Positions 45,506-46,563 of a DNA stretch of 46,563 nucleotides are shown piece after piece. The position numbers were made by a program, and so were the translations under genes. The DNA comes from Candidatus Kaiserbacteria bacterium (GTDB lineage Bacteria > Patescibacteriota > Minisyncoccia > Phycocordibacterales > Phycocordibacteraceae). The stretch spans positions 1 through 46,563 of the forward strand of contig JARIGM010000014.1 of assembly GCA_029288865.1 (NCBI GenBank), written 5' to 3'. The number at the start of each line of letters is the position of its first letter. The first letter of the stretch is position 1. The notes beneath the pieces were generated by a model. That model had not been told where the DNA came from. It saw only the letters and a program-made list of their open reading frames with translations, and did no database searches.

Positions 45506-46563
45506 CTAGAGCGGGTTCGAATCGAGGAAGTTGATAGTCCGGATGAGGACACGTGCAAACCCGCTGAGCTCGCGCTCTTTGGTCGATGGACCCCACGAGA
45601 TTCTTAGTGTTGAACGGGCTCGTTCGCGATCTCCCGTGAGCAATTCCACGGCTCTCGACCCTTCTTCGTTCGTCTCGCATGCGCTTTTTGTTGAGACGGC
45701 ATAGCCCTCTTTGGAAAGAATCATGACAGCATAATCAGTATCGCGTCCCGGGAATGAAACATTTAAAATGTGCGGCACATGTTCTTTCCCTTCATTTACA
45801 ACCATATCCGGGATGGCTTTCGCGAGCGTGGTGAGCAATCGCGTTTGCTGCTCGGTCGCATGAGCTATGAACGAGCCGCGTGTCGCATTCGCTTCTTGGA
45901 GCGCTATCGCGAACGCGGCAGCGAGTGCAGGCTGTTCTGTGCCCGGACGCAGCCCGTCTTCTTGCCCTCCTCCATGCATGATAGGCGAAAGCGGCACACT
46001 AACATTTGCACGAATGAGTGCCCCGATACCACGAACGCCACCCACCTTTTGCGCATCAAGCGAAAGGAGGTCAGCACCAAGATGCGTAAGTTCGAATGAT
46101 TCCACGAATGGGGCCTGGCTCGCATCAGCGAAAATCATTATCCGGCCAGCGCGTGATTCTTTCCGCGCCGCATCCAATACTCTGCGTATGTCACGAACGG
46201 CATAGCGTGTCCCGGTCTCACCACAGACCACATCCACAGCGACTAATGCTGTCTCAGTTCGAATTTGGGATTTGAGGGCATTCAGATCTACGGCTCCATC
46301 AGTTATAACAAGCGGCTCTGCCAAGACACCATATCGCTCAAGCGATTGGATAGATTCCATGACCGAGGCATGGGCACTCGGAAGATAAAGTATGTGAATG
46401 CTAGAAAGCGCGCGACCTGATTCAGCTAGAGCCTGCACATGACCACGAATGGCCATGTTATTGGCTTCGGTTGCCCCTGATGTGAATACGACGTTTTCAC
46501 GCTTTACGCCAGCGAGCCGAGCAATAGCGAGGCGAGCATCCTCAAGCACGCTCTTAGCCCGCA
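45506..46563 (-). CDS. iscS: Cysteine desulfurase (NifS/IscS family), 5' end beyond the window
   Basis: VVFTSGATEANN, FADASQA, LSLDAQKVGG.RGIG (PLP Lys), GGGQE.GLRPGT and VSTKSAC (catalytic Cys); the frame stays open to the right edge. Confidence 0.9.
   Translation of the reverse strand, partial: RAKSVLEDARLAIARLAGVKRENVVFTSGATEANNMAIRGHVQALAESGRALSSIHILYLPSAHASVMESIQSLERYGVLAEPLVITDGAVDLNALKSQIRTETALVAVDVVCGETGTRYAVRDIRRVLDAARKESRAGRIMIFADASQAPFVESFELTHLGADLLSLDAQKVGGVRGIGALIRANVSVPLSPIMHGGGQEDGLRPGTEQPALAAAFAIALQEANATRGSFIAHATEQQTRLLTTLAKAIPDMVVNEGKEHVPHILNVSFPGRDTDYAVMILSKEGYAVSTKSACETNEEGSRAVELLTGDRERARSTLRISWGPSTKERELSGFARVLIRTINFLDSNPL

Noticed and set aside
1-46563. CRISPR array, rRNA or transposase
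   Set aside because: No regularly spaced 23-47 bp repeats, no rRNA-like conserved blocks and no DDE, HUH or recombinase ORF were seen

Overview
Chromosomal segment of a small-genome bacterium, most likely Patescibacteria/CPR (Parcubacteria-like). This is inferred from the short intergenic spaces, near-absence of Shine-Dalgarno motifs, a VirD4-like ATPase, VirB2-like and type IV pilins, and many membrane-anchored hypothetical proteins. TGA is used as a stop codon. Housekeeping genes include dnaX, a Dus synthase, serS, dprA, topA, a Rel-family enzyme, parB, miaA, rpmG, clpB, a cysteine desulfurase and three tRNAs (Gln-TTG, Leu-CAA, Trp-CCA). Accessory modules include an ECF sigma/anti-sigma pair, a lexA-dinB cassette with a perfect GAAC-N4-GTTC operator, an ApbE/FMN-protein/RnfD-FNR flavinylation operon, two signalling systems, surface and glycan genes, a pilin-lysozyme fusion and an orphan PemK/MazF toxin. 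Several features are missing from the ORF track: a >813-aa ATPase running off the left edge, rpmG, two 31-aa membrane peptides and the tRNAs. The most notable non-coding signals are (i) a 153-bp element after clpB with perfect 27-bp terminal inverted repeats around nested hairpins, (ii) a -10 box 6-7 nt before the ATG of at least 16 genes, suggesting leaderless mRNAs, and (iii) several unusually long, near-loopless palindromes. No CRISPR array, rRNA, transposase or prophage was seen. All annotations come from motif reading by eye; no database searches were run.
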